Assembly: GCA_052033375.1 (NCBI GenBank)
Contig: JBPOJQ010000018.1
Coordinates: 1,671-65,670, forward strand
Source: Candidatus Magasanikiibacteriota bacterium
GTDB lineage: Bacteria > Patescibacteriota > Patescibacteriia > Magasanikbacterales > UBA922
DNA: 64,000 nt
Direction of reading: 5' to 3'
Every line of letters begins with the position of its first letter. Positions within the stretch are counted from its first letter, which is position 1. The notes beneath the pieces are model-generated. The model was given only the letters and a program-made list of their open reading frames with translations, did not search any database and was not told the origin of the DNA. The position numbers and the translations under genes are program-made. Positions 21,128-30,736 of this stretch are shown piece after piece.

Positions 21128-21886
21128 TTACATTTCAGAGATAAAGCGTCGCAGTGCTCGACCCACAAAAAATGTAGTGGTAGCACGTGCAGAGAAATGT
21201 CCTCCTGTTCGAACAAGCCGACGTGTGCACGGAACTGCACCAAGAAATTTTTCTACTGCATGATATGACACTATCATATCATCTTTTGCATGTATAATAC
21301 ATATTTTCTTTGGACTATACTCTTGAAGGTGTGTAATAGGATTAAAAAACTGATCATCAGCCCCAAGTCGATCAAAATCAGAATCTGAAAAACGATACGC
21401 TTCTCCAAACATAGTATGTATATACTCACGCAAATCAGATAGCGGTTGTCGAGGTCGATACAATTCCTCTTTCCAATCAATCACAGGCGAAACTACCACA
21501 GCTTTATCTACTTCAGGATGAAGAGACGCAAGGAGAGCTGCGGCACCACCAAAACTAGCACCAATAACAGTCACATGTGTCACGTGTAATTCAAAATTTT
21601 TCTGTGGTAATGGTACTGAAATGCCGTTTTTAAGTATCCGAGCGACTTCTAGAATATCATCCGTGGGATCATGATCAAGAAATTTTCCAGCGCTCTCCCA
21701 TGTACCTTTATATCGTGGATGAAACACCCAAAAACCATGTTTTGACCAATACTCAAGTACACGCCTTTTTGAAGGGACGCTAGGCAAACCGTCGCATACC
21801 ACAATAGCATGATCACTTTTCCCACTACGCGGGGGAAGAAATTCAGTGACAATGTCAGTATTAATGCGGAGTCGTAGTGGTTTCAT
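21128..21886 (-). CDS. alpha/beta hydrolase (esterase/dienelactone hydrolase-like)
   Basis: GxSxG nucleophile elbow VIGASFGGAAALL; start moved to MKPLRL preceded by GGAGGG RBS. Confidence 0.65.
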   Translation of the reverse strand: MKPLRLRINTDIVTEFLPPRSGKSDHAIVVCDGLPSVPSKRRVLEYWSKHGFWVFHPRYKGTWESAGKFLDHDPTDDILEVARILKNGISVPLPQKNFELHVTHVTVIGASFGGAAALLASLHPEVDKAVVVSPVIDWKEELYRPRQPLSDLREYIHTMFGEAYRFSDSDFDRLGADDQFFNPITHLQEYSPKKICIIHAKDDMIVSYHAVEKFLGAVPCTRRLVRTGGHFSARATTTFFVGRALRRFISEM

Positions 21887-21946
21887 ATATTTTCTTTTCC
21901 CTCCACTCTTAGGGGAAGGAAGGGTGGGGTTCATCGAAAAAATTAA

Positions 21947-22408
21947 CTATATACGGCTTACCAAAATTTTCTCAAGCTCAATACTAAAAATTTTCTTTAA
22001 TTTCTCCAATTCCTCAGGCGAAGGTTTTTGATTCTCAGCTGAACGTAGATCTTTATCTATCTGCCATATTGGCTTATTAGGGAGTAGATCGTCAGAGTGT
22101 CTAGGAAAAATATGCCAATGCAAATGTGGATCTCCATTACCCAAAAGTTCATAATTCAATTTTTTGGGTTTGAATGCACAGTAAACAGCTTCTGCGACAA
22201 TACTCATCTCTTCCAAAAATTGTTTCTTAAAGTTAGTCTCTAATTCATGTAATTCAAATACATGCTCCTTACACAGAAAAAGTGCGTACCCCCTAAAAAA
22301 TTGATGGTCACCAAGAACCACATATCCCGTTTCAAGTTCTTTCACAAACCAGGGATTGGTGTTGTTCTTAATTAAATCAATTCGTACACAAATCAAGCAA
22401 CTATCCAT
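21947..22408 (-). CDS. HIT-family hydrolase
   Basis: histidine triad GDPHLHWHIFPR. Confidence 0.75.
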   Translation of the reverse strand: MDSCLICVRIDLIKNNTNPWFVKELETGYVVLGDHQFFRGYALFLCKEHVFELHELETNFKKQFLEEMSIVAEAVYCAFKPKKLNYELLGNGDPHLHWHIFPRHSDDLLPNKPIWQIDKDLRSAENQKPSPEELEKLKKIFSIELEKILVSRI

Positions 22409-22417
22409 AGTAATAAT

Positions 22418-23182
22418 TTATGTCCGCAATCTCCAACCTATGGAAAACAATCTCCACACCAATCCTCCAAATAGAAGTATAAGGCCGATAATAACACACC
22501 AACCAATGAGAGCACTCCCCTCTCTAATTCCGACCATTGCATACCGCAGTCCGTCCACAAAATAAAAAAACGGATTAAATTTCACAAAGATCTGTATCTT
22601 CTCCGGAAGCATGGTAACAGAATTGAACACTCCCCCAAGAAAAGTAAGTGGAGTAATAACAAATACACTTAATACTGAGAGCTGTTCAAAATTCTGCGCC
22701 CACAATGCAACAAGGAGTCCAAGAAGAGAAAAAATAATCGAAACAGCAATCGTATATAGAAGAAATAATCCAAGATGAGTAATGGTCGCTGCACTAAAAA
22801 TAAGTGCAATCACATATACACCTATCCCGACAATCACTCCGCGCGCCACGCCACCAATCACATAGCCGACAATCATTTCAAAATGTGATAACGGTGCAAC
22901 CAATATCTCCTCAATATGTTTTGCAAAACGCTGAAAATACAATGATGACGATGTTTGTGCAAAAGAAGAACCAATCAGATTGAGCATGAGAATTCCAGGC
23001 AATACAAAATCAATATAGGCAACCCCGGCAATAAGATCGATGTTACTCCCTACCACTACTCCAAAAATGAGGATATAGAGAAGTGCATTAATCCATGGCG
23101 ACAGAAGCGTCTGGATATATACCCGAAACGATCGCTGTATTTCTCGCTCAATAAATGTTTGAAGGCCGATAATATTCATCAT
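22418..23182 (-). CDS. ABC-2 type transporter permease
   Basis: 254 aa, 6 TM, ABC-2 family layout, adjacent to ABC ATPase. Confidence 0.7.
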   Translation of the reverse strand: MMNIIGLQTFIEREIQRSFRVYIQTLLSPWINALLYILIFGVVVGSNIDLIAGVAYIDFVLPGILMLNLIGSSFAQTSSSLYFQRFAKHIEEILVAPLSHFEMIVGYVIGGVARGVIVGIGVYVIALIFSAATITHLGLFLLYTIAVSIIFSLLGLLVALWAQNFEQLSVLSVFVITPLTFLGGVFNSVTMLPEKIQIFVKFNPFFYFVDGLRYAMVGIREGSALIGWCVIIGLILLFGGLVWRLFSIGWRLRT

Positions 23183-23191
23183 AATAGGAAG

Positions 23192-23914
23192 TTATTTTTT
23201 CTTTGCAGTGAGCGAAAGAAACTTCGCTTCAAGACTACTGCCATCTTTTACAAAGTCAGACTTGGGTGCATCAGCAATAATTTTTCCACCATCGATAATA
23301 GCAACACGTTGGCAAAGTTCTTCCACCTCTTCTAGATAATGAGAAGTAAACATAATAGTTTTGCCAGCAGCATTAATTTTTTTCAAATACTCCCACAATT
23401 CAAGCCGAAGTTCTACATCAACTCCCGCAGTTGGTTCATCAAGAATCAAAAGCTTTGGATCATGAATCATGGCACGTGCAAGGAGTACCCGACGCTTGAG
23501 TCCACCAGAAAGCTGCATGAACGTTTTCTCTTTATGCGGCTCCAAATCAAGGATATTAAAAAGTTCCTTAATTCGATTTTTCCGTTGCTCTTTGGTCATT
23601 CCATAATACCCACCCACATACCACAATATTTTCTCTGCAGAAGCAAAAATATCCATATTAAATTCCTGCGGAGCAAGCCCTACCAGCATTCTAGCTTCCC
23701 GATACTCTTTTTCAACATCTTTATCAAACACTTTAATCGTCCCAGATGTAATCCGACCAATACCAGTAATGGCGCTGATCGTTGTGGTTTTTCCCGCCCC
23801 ATTTCTCCCCAAAAAACCAAAAAAGTCGCCAGGTTCAACAGTCAGAGAAATATCATTGACCGCAACGGTCTCTCCGTATTTCTTGGTAAAATGTGTTATC
23901 TCAAGTGCATGCAT
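23192..23914 (-). CDS. ABC transporter ATP-binding protein
   Basis: Walker A GRNGAGKTT, signature LSGGLKRRV, Walker B LLILDEPTAGVD. Confidence 0.85.
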   Translation of the reverse strand: MHALEITHFTKKYGETVAVNDISLTVEPGDFFGFLGRNGAGKTTTISAITGIGRITSGTIKVFDKDVEKEYREARMLVGLAPQEFNMDIFASAEKILWYVGGYYGMTKEQRKNRIKELFNILDLEPHKEKTFMQLSGGLKRRVLLARAMIHDPKLLILDEPTAGVDVELRLELWEYLKKINAAGKTIMFTSHYLEEVEELCQRVAIIDGGKIIADAPKSDFVKDGSSLEAKFLSLTAKKK

Positions 23915-23999
23915 ACAGCAAAATCAAAAATAAGAACAATATTACTAATTGTAACACTAAAATTAGCTTTAATCAAGCTTAAAATATATAAAAAATGCC

Positions 24000-24719
24000 T
24001 TATAAATTAACCATTGCCCGGATCAGTTTCTGAGAAGAAATATCGACTCGATATGATTTTTCAGGATGCCACTGTACTGCATAGATTGGATAACTTTCAT
24101 GTTCGATAGCCTCAATAATTCCATCCGAACTTCGAGCAGAAATTTTCAACCCGTTCCCCAAATTCTTTACACTCTGATTATGAAACGAATTTACCATCAT
24201 TTCAGAAGTACCAGAGAAAATACGGGATAAAAATGAATTCGATTCAATCATGATAGGGTGAAGCAATTTCTCAATATCTTCTTTGGGTTGACGATGCCCA
24301 AAAGTTCCAGGCACATCATGATGCAGATTCTGATAGAGTGACCCTCCAAAAAATACATTGATCACTTGTAATCCTCGGCATATTCCAAATACTGGTTTTC
24401 GAAGTTCAATAGCAGCCTCAAGCAAACCAAATTCAATATCGTCGCGACAAGAATATGTCTGCACAGTATCATATCGCACTTCTTCACCATATCGAGTAGT
24501 CTGTACATCATGGCCACCAGTGAGAACTATGATATCAACCATTGCGACCATGGCCCGAAGTTCTTCTAATGAAAAGGTAAGGGCTGGAACTACAACAGGT
24601 AGCGCCCCTTCGGCATGAAATGGATAGACTTTATAATCCTGCACAATAACCGAGGGAAGCCCGAATACTTTTTCAGGTTCGACTTCATTATGATGAGAGG
24701 TAATAAGAATTTTTTTCAT
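24000..24719 (-). CDS. class I glutamine amidotransferase / gamma-glutamyl-GABA hydrolase-like (peptidase C26)
   Basis: GICRGLQ catalytic Cys context and WHPE motif. Confidence 0.7.
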   Translation of the reverse strand: MKKILITSHHNEVEPEKVFGLPSVIVQDYKVYPFHAEGALPVVVPALTFSLEELRAMVAMVDIIVLTGGHDVQTTRYGEEVRYDTVQTYSCRDDIEFGLLEAAIELRKPVFGICRGLQVINVFFGGSLYQNLHHDVPGTFGHRQPKEDIEKLLHPIMIESNSFLSRIFSGTSEMMVNSFHNQSVKNLGNGLKISARSSDGIIEAIEHESYPIYAVQWHPEKSYRVDISSQKLIRAMVNL

Positions 24720-24885
24720 ACATAAAAAAGAAAAAGCGGCTACTACAAGCCAACAAACTCAAAAAAGAATATCAATAAATAATCGTTATGTCAAAAAAAT
24801 AAACTTGACTGATGTATAGATATTTGGTTAAGTAAAAAGCGGTATTTCACACAAAGTGGACTTCAACCGTCACGGAGGAACACAC

Positions 24886-25521
24886 ATGAAAAACCAACCT
24901 GGTACTAAGTCGAAAACTCAAACTGCTCCTGGTCGAGACAAAGAGGACGAACTCATCTCAAGGTGGAAGCAGGGTGCGTCAAAAGCTTTCAAGGACATGT
25001 ACCGACATTTCCAGAGTTACGTGCTCACGATCGCGATGAGGGTGGTCAACAACCCCGAAAGATCCTGGGACGTGATGCAGGAAGTCTTCCTGAAGATTCA
25101 CCGCTATGGTGATCATTTCGAAGAAGGGACCAATTTCCGAGCATGGATCAGACGGATCACCATCAACACTTCGATCAGTGCTCTGAAAAAAAGCAAAGCT
25201 GATGCACTGAAGAACGAAGAGTACGACGAGCGTCTTCACCGAAACCAGAAAACAGAGACATACTCAGTCGACACGATTCCTGATGCAGCGCTCGAGAACA
25301 AGGAGCTGAACAGCGCAATCCAGGCCGAACTTGATCGACTGCCGCCCGAACGCAAGGAATTGATCGTGCTCTGTGACTGGGAAGGGCTTTCATACCAGGA
25401 GGCAGCGGACAAAACCGGCACCAAAATCGGCACCGTGATGTCTCGCCTCTTCCGAGCCAGGAAAGAAATGATCGAGCGACTCATCAAAAAGCTCGACGAA
25501 TACCCGGGCCACCCGGGGTAA
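24886..25521 (+). CDS. ECF-type RNA polymerase sigma-70 family factor (GC-rich, probably acquired)
   Basis: region 2 (FLKIHRYGDHFEEGTNFRAWIRRITIN) and region 4 HTH (LSYQEAADKTGTKIGTVMSRLFRARKEM); start placed at MKNQ with GGAGGA RBS 5 nt upstream; local GC about 50%. Confidence 0.8.
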   Translation: MKNQPGTKSKTQTAPGRDKEDELISRWKQGASKAFKDMYRHFQSYVLTIAMRVVNNPERSWDVMQEVFLKIHRYGDHFEEGTNFRAWIRRITINTSISALKKSKADALKNEEYDERLHRNQKTETYSVDTIPDAALENKELNSAIQAELDRLPPERKELIVLCDWEGLSYQEAADKTGTKIGTVMSRLFRARKEMIERLIKKLDEYPGHPG

Positions 25522-25613
25522 CGCAAGATGGAGAAAACATGCAGATTCGAGGCACCGAGCGCCTTGAAAGACGGCCTGCAGACCAGCAAATTCATCGGAG
25601 CGTGCCGTCGCTC

Positions 25614-25653
25614 CATCACCAAAAAAACATCAGATATTTCTGGTGTTTTTTTG
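25614..25653 (+). terminator. intrinsic terminator after sigma-factor gene
   Basis: CATCAGA-tatt-TCTGGTG hairpin (one G-U) followed by TTTTTTTG. Confidence 0.5.
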
Positions 25654-25677
25654 TACATATATTATGTGAAAATACGA

Positions 25678-26220
25678 TTATCGCACAAAACATTTTCTAC
25701 ATAAGGGCTCATAGGTGAACGTCCCATCATCTGGAATAACCGGCGGCATTCCCCCCATCAGAGGGGTGCCCTGCATATACACCTGCGTATACACTGCAGT
25801 AAAATTCTTACAGTCATTACACACCGCCCGCTTATATTTCACCTCATGGGGACCGAGCTCAAATAATTTTTTGGTCATGTCAAATAACTCTCCTCGATAA
25901 TCAGTATCAAGTCCGGATACAATCACATCAGTCCCCCGTGACAAAAGCTCGCCAATATAGTGAGCATCACTTGGCTCAAACATATGTATCTCGTCAATTC
26001 CCACCAGAGACAAATCTTCGTTCAAAATTTCTTGAAGAGATTGTATTTTCTTTGCATGAATAAACAGTCCGCTTCGAGATTCGATTCCCGTATCACGCAC
26101 ATTTCGCAGAGGCTGATACAGCGCAAATTTCGACATCGTATACTGAAGCGGTGAAAAATGACTAATAAGGTCAAAGGATTTTCCGCTCTTCATGGGACCA
26201 AGAATAAGGGTGAGGTGCAT
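25678..26220 (-). CDS. tdk: thymidine kinase
   Basis: MHLTLILGPMKSGKSFDL P-loop, C-terminal zinc ribbon CNDC…CRKC. Confidence 0.85.
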   Translation of the reverse strand: MHLTLILGPMKSGKSFDLISHFSPLQYTMSKFALYQPLRNVRDTGIESRSGLFIHAKKIQSLQEILNEDLSLVGIDEIHMFEPSDAHYIGELLSRGTDVIVSGLDTDYRGELFDMTKKLFELGPHEVKYKRAVCNDCKNFTAVYTQVYMQGTPLMGGMPPVIPDDGTFTYEPLCRKCFVR

Positions 26221-26273
26221 AGCGTATTGAGTTTAAAAAAAGCACACTGATAGTGTACCATGCAGTTTAAAAA

Positions 26274-26308
26274 TAAAAAAAGCCCCCACGAATGGGGGGA
26301 TTTTTTTA
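26274..26308 (-). terminator. bidirectional intrinsic terminator
   Basis: A-run, GCCCCCA-cgaat-GGGGGG, T-run. Confidence 0.6.
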
Positions 26309-26503
26309 TTCTGCTTCGGTGGTCTCTTCAGGTTTCTTCGGTTCATCCAAAACAGGTTTCTTCTCCTCAGCTTCTACTACATGTGTCATATGCTTCAATA
26401 CAATTGTCTGTCGTTTCAATAGGATAATCGATATACCCATTGGATTGTACAGCTGAATAATATCTTTAGTAACCATACTCCCATTAGAGAGTACTGTCAA
26501 CAA
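26306..26503 (-). CDS. small hypothetical protein
   Basis: 65-aa ORF with its own downstream terminator; acidic C-terminus. Confidence 0.3.
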   Translation of the reverse strand: MLTVLSNGSMVTKDIIQLYNPMGISIILLKRQTIVLKHMTHVVEAEEKKPVLDEPKKPEETTEAE

Positions 26504-26522
26504 AAATCAACAGAAGAACAAT

Positions 26523-27293
26523 CTAACTTTTGGGAGGCAGTGGAATAAACACACTCGTCTGCCTTTTGTATGCTGCAAAATCAGGATGTTGCTCCATTTT
26601 TTTCTCAAGCATGGGTACACCAGAAACTTTGAGAATGAGGGTGGTAATCACTATAGGACCAATAATTCCATACCAGCCATATACAGAATTAAACGTGATG
26701 AGCCATATACCCCACCACTGAGTAACTTCACCAAAATAATTAGGGTGTCTCGTATATCGCCACAAACCAGATTTCATGAGAAGCCCTTTATTTCGTGGAT
26801 CTCGCATAAATGTTCCCAACTGCGCATCACCTACAGACTCAAAAAAGAAACCAATCCCCCAAATCAATATACCTATACACTCGATAAACCCAAAAATAGA
26901 CGTGCCTGGATGCGCATTGAATAATACCACCGGAAATATAATCAGATACAACAAAAAACCCTGCAATAGATACACTTGAGCGTAGGATCGAAGATAAAAC
27001 CACTTCCCCCATTCTTTTCGCCATGCAAGATATCGGTAATCTTCGGTTTTGCCCTTATTTCGTGCATGGATATGCCACGCGAGTCGGACGCCCCAGATTG
27101 TTATTAGTACCCCAATAACAAGACTGGATATAGCAGAGGTGTCTGATACTGCAACAGAAACCCACGTCAGAAGCACAAACCCCAATCCCCACGCAATATC
27201 AGCGACATCATTTCTTTTTTTCAAAACCGAAATACCAAACCATACCGTCATGTACACCAACAATATGAAACCAAGCATCAAATAATAATTCAT
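26523..27293 (-). CDS. DUF1295 / steroid-5-alpha-reductase–ICMT-like membrane protein
   Basis: NDVADIAWG and [12 protein letters not shown] motifs. Confidence 0.6.
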   Translation of the reverse strand: MNYYLMLGFILLVYMTVWFGISVLKKRNDVADIAWGLGFVLLTWVSVAVSDTSAISSLVIGVLITIWGVRLAWHIHARNKGKTEDYRYLAWRKEWGKWFYLRSYAQVYLLQGFLLYLIIFPVVLFNAHPGTSIFGFIECIGILIWGIGFFFESVGDAQLGTFMRDPRNKGLLMKSGLWRYTRHPNYFGEVTQWWGIWLITFNSVYGWYGIIGPIVITTLILKVSGVPMLEKKMEQHPDFAAYKRQTSVFIPLPPKS

Positions 27294-27721
27294 ACACTCA
27301 TTTTACTAGCAATAAGGTAGACAATCACTCCGACTGAAGCTGATAATACAGCACCCCACACGAGATCAACGATCGTTACATTGAGAGGCCAATCTCTGAT
27401 AGTAGCAAGATTAGTCAAATCATAGGTAGCATACGTAATCAGACCAAACAATGCTCCATATACCAATGCATGCGCCCATGATCCTTTTGCAAGCGCGGGG
27501 GAGATAACGAACACTACCAATCCAAAGATAAACAGCAGGTAGAATATAATTGCAGCAACCCAATTAATATGTGTTTTCATAAGAAAACCTAGGTGCTCAC
27601 GATAAAAATTTTTTGCGACCAGCCCGAGCCATACCATATCGATAGCAAAAAAGACCGGCAATGCGATAGCGTATAATTTGATAAGCATATACATCAATAA
27701 TAAAGATACTACAGACATCAT
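27290..27721 (-). CDS. integral membrane protein (DUF2177-like), overlaps DUF1295 gene by 4 bp
   Basis: 143 aa, 4 TM; pairing with DUF1295 is a common arrangement. Confidence 0.4.
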   Translation of the reverse strand: MMSVVSLLLMYMLIKLYAIALPVFFAIDMVWLGLVAKNFYREHLGFLMKTHINWVAAIIFYLLFIFGLVVFVISPALAKGSWAHALVYGALFGLITYATYDLTNLATIRDWPLNVTIVDLVWGAVLSASVGVIVYLIASKMSV

Positions 27722-27757
27722 ATCAAAAAATCGCCATATAAGCGATTTTTTGTATTT

Positions 27758-28174
27758 TTATTTTTTATTCGCTTCAGCCGCAGCTTTCTCATCCATATAG
27801 AACACTTCCCACACATGTCCATCAAGATCGTGAAAATCTCTCGAATACATCCAGCCATAATCCTGCGCAGGCACAGGTTCGACTCCACCAGCTCCAAGCG
27901 CTTTTTCAAGTAAAGCATCCACCTCTTCTCTACTACCGACAGAAAAAGCATTCAATACTTCCACATGCGTATGTGCATCAATGATTTCTTTTTTAGTAAA
28001 ATCCTTAAACCTCTTTTCTACCAAAAGCATGGCAAATATATTGTCACCAATAATCATGCAGGTTGCATTCTCATCCGTGAATTGTGGGTTGAAGGTAAAA
28101 CCAAGCTGAGTAAAAAAATCAATTGATTTTTGAAGATCTGTAACCGCTAAATTAACAAATATTTGCTTAATCAT
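27758..28174 (-). CDS. VOC/glyoxalase-bleomycin resistance family protein
   Basis: start moved to MIKQIFVNLAV; paired beta-alpha-beta-beta-beta modules. Confidence 0.65.
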   Translation of the reverse strand: MIKQIFVNLAVTDLQKSIDFFTQLGFTFNPQFTDENATCMIIGDNIFAMLLVEKRFKDFTKKEIIDAHTHVEVLNAFSVGSREEVDALLEKALGAGGVEPVPAQDYGWMYSRDFHDLDGHVWEVFYMDEKAAAEANKK

Positions 28175-28184
28175 ATAGTCAAAA

Positions 28185-28589
28185 TTAAGAATTGAGCTTT
28201 TTATCTGCAAAAATTGCTCGGTATTTATCCCAATACGCATACCCAAGATATGCAGTAAGAATACTTACAATAACTCCAGTTACTACATATAGAGGTGCTA
28301 CCGTTCCATTATATACAATGACCCCAACACAGATTGGTGCGAGGAATAACAATGCGAGCGCAGGCAAAAAACCCAAAATAAGCATAATACCCACTACAAC
28401 CTCAGTTGTTTTAATCAATTGAAAAATTCCCATATCCCACAGTTGCATCATAGTCGGAGCCATAAGGGCTGGTACATTCTTCATTTCAGGCCCGGCCGCA
28501 ATTCCACTGATTCCGCTAAAAAGAATAAACAAACCAAGGAGTATTCTAACACTAACCACTAATGTGCGATTACGAAAATTCATAATCAA
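28185..28589 (-). CDS. DoxX-family membrane protein
   Basis: 134 aa, 4 TM, RILLGLFILFSGISG…. Confidence 0.55.
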   Translation of the reverse strand: MIMNFRNRTLVVSVRILLGLFILFSGISGIAAGPEMKNVPALMAPTMMQLWDMGIFQLIKTTEVVVGIMLILGFLPALALLFLAPICVGVIVYNGTVAPLYVVTGVIVSILTAYLGYAYWDKYRAIFADKKLNS

Positions 28590-28674
28590 TAATTAAAATT
28601 AATACTTACACTACTGTAATATAGAATAACTGTTTACACAAGGCTGTATACTATATGTATATAGAAACACTATA

Positions 28675-29106
28675 TTGTCCAAAAAAAACAACTGTGATAC
28701 GATGGACCATATCTATACAACTATGAATGAACCAATTACCATAATTCATCAATCAGAAAAAATTATTATCAAAATTGCAGGCTCGCTGACTGACGACCGA
28801 CTCGGCCTACTCAAAAAAAACATCACAGATGGTGAGGCATTGATTAAGCATGCATCGGAAAAACAGGGTAAAAAAATCAATATACTCCTCGACCTTACAG
28901 AATTCGATGGTACCTACGATATGGGTGCCATGGAACTCATGGTGCAATTCGGAAAAAATAATAGACACTTTATTGAAAAAACTGCAGTATTTGGTGGCTC
29001 AGCGAAAGCTAATTTGATTGGAAAAAGCACGGCAGCATTGACCGGCAGAGAGAATATCAAATTCTTCACAACACAAGCAGAAGCCGAAAGCTGGCTCGAA
29101 AGATAG
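28675..29106 (+). CDS. hypothetical protein, possibly STAS/SpoIIAA-like fold
   Basis: 143 aa; C-terminal …FFTTQAEAESWLER typical of STAS-domain ends; weak. Confidence 0.35.
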   Translation: MSKKNNCDTMDHIYTTMNEPITIIHQSEKIIIKIAGSLTDDRLGLLKKNITDGEALIKHASEKQGKKINILLDLTEFDGTYDMGAMELMVQFGKNNRHFIEKTAVFGGSAKANLIGKSTAALTGRENIKFFTTQAEAESWLER

Positions 29107-29172
29107 ATAAGTGAACTACTATTAACTCATCTATCCTACTCTCGAAGCGGATACCTGAGACTGTAATAATAT

Positions 29173-29198
29173 AAAAACTGGGTATTACCCAGTTTTTT
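29173..29198. terminator. bidirectional intrinsic terminator closing the RT–ABC–PLD operon
   Basis: AAAAACTGGG-tatta-CCCAGTTTTTT. Confidence 0.65.
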
Positions 29199-29428
29199 CG
29201 AATCAAGCACCAAACGTCTTATTACGTGTACGCTTCCCCACAGCGACCGGATCTCGAAAGACTCTTGGAGGAGAATTTAATTTTCGAGTATCAAAAGAAT
29301 GCCCCAATTTTTGTGGAATATCAGTCTTCTGACCTTCTTTCTTTAGCGTATCGAGATAACCTTTATACCATTTTTTCATATATACGTGTAATTATAATCA
29401 GCCCGAACATCAAAACATGATACCAATA

Positions 29429-30736
29429 TTACTTCGCTTTGTCAAGATTCAAATCAAAAGTTTGTTTGAAAGATTGTGTAATATACGGAATATCACTAAT
29501 CATAATTGACTCATTATTATTAAAAAAACCATTCGTGCTCCAATTATTAGTTCCAAATGCTGCAATAGTACGATCGATCAATAACAAGTGGTGATGGAGG
29601 AAAGAATTAATATCTGTTTCATTGAACACGTCCCGAATTTCAATATTTCGTTTGTAATCAGTAAACACCTGTAAATTGTCCAGGGTATATAAGTCTTTCT
29701 GGGTAGTCAGCCATGGGAATGCAGAATCAGCTACAGAATAATTAGAATCATCAGTAAGTATAGTCAGCGGCAAACCTTCTTTACTTTTTTCAATAAAGGC
29801 CCGGGCAATAGTGCTGTCAGTCAAATTCCAAATCAAAACCTCAATTATTTTTTTAGCCTCAGTAATGAGACGTACAAAACGTGTACGCACACTTGTCATA
29901 TTCGTCGGAGCGGGTGTAAACCAAATTTCTATAAAGCCTTCCGGATAATTAAATAATGCAACATATGGATTACGTTCAGCCAAAGAACCTCCCGTATATA
30001 TACGATTGAATTCTCTACCAAATACCTCAATAATTTCAGGACGAGTGGTTTCTAATACAAAGCTTGGATCATACTTCTCCTGAAGAGAGGTGAAATTATA
30101 CGAACCGAAAAAAAGTTTTGCTGAAGCAAAATTTCGGTCAATGATGATGAACTTATGATGCATCGATCCCAGTGTGCCCTCAGCTCCTGCGTCTACACGC
30201 AATATATTTTGGGGTGGATTATAAAAAACCAAATCATGTGCTGCTTTCCGCTTCTCACTCAAAAGTAATTTAACCTCGACTCCACGTTGGGCAGCGCGAT
30301 AGAGTGCATCGCGTATCAATGGATGATCTATCGAATACACTGCCAACTCGATTTGTACGTCTGCGTCGTCTATCGCATCAATAATCAGAGATGAAAGATG
30401 TGTATTCCCAAAATCAGTATTAAAATATACATGTCCCGAAAACGATTCGGTGACTTGCATAGTCTGTGCAGGTACAAAAACTGAATCCCGAGATGGAATA
30501 TCTGTCGATACTACACGAGAATCCTGTGGTAATGCATACTCAACAATCTCCTGATCATGTGAACGTGTGAACACAAATATACCCACCAATGCGCATGCAA
30601 AAAATAATAAAAATATCGGAATAAACCAAACAAAAAAACGAGAAGTTGTGTGCGGAGGATCAAAGGATGGGTCTAATTTTGGTGCTAAGTTCATGCTGTT
30701 GGGTATAAGGTAAAAAATCATTGGCAGTATTCGCAA
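29429..30736 (-). CDS. phospholipase D (HKD) superfamily protein with N-terminal TM anchor
   Basis: first HKD: HHKFIIIDRNFASAKLFFGSYNFT; second degenerate HKD: HHHLLLIDRTIAAFGTNNWS; TM helix FVWFIPIFLLFFACALVGIFVF; 5' end overlaps upstream gene by 35-77 nt depending on start. Confidence 0.75.
   Translation of the reverse strand: MRILPMIFYLIPNSMNLAPKLDPSFDPPHTTSRFFVWFIPIFLLFFACALVGIFVFTRSHDQEIVEYALPQDSRVVSTDIPSRDSVFVPAQTMQVTESFSGHVYFNTDFGNTHLSSLIIDAIDDADVQIELAVYSIDHPLIRDALYRAAQRGVEVKLLLSEKRKAAHDLVFYNPPQNILRVDAGAEGTLGSMHHKFIIIDRNFASAKLFFGSYNFTSLQEKYDPSFVLETTRPEIIEVFGREFNRIYTGGSLAERNPYVALFNYPEGFIEIWFTPAPTNMTSVRTRFVRLITEAKKIIEVLIWNLTDSTIARAFIEKSKEGLPLTILTDDSNYSVADSAFPWLTTQKDLYTLDNLQVFTDYKRNIEIRDVFNETDINSFLHHHLLLIDRTIAAFGTNNWSTNGFFNNNESIMISDIPYITQSFKQTFDLNLDKAK

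Noticed and set aside
29421-29445. Third R2-like att copy (ccaatattacttcgct) at the end of the PLD gene
   Set aside because: Only about 14/17 similarity and it overlaps the PLD stop codon region; most likely chance.
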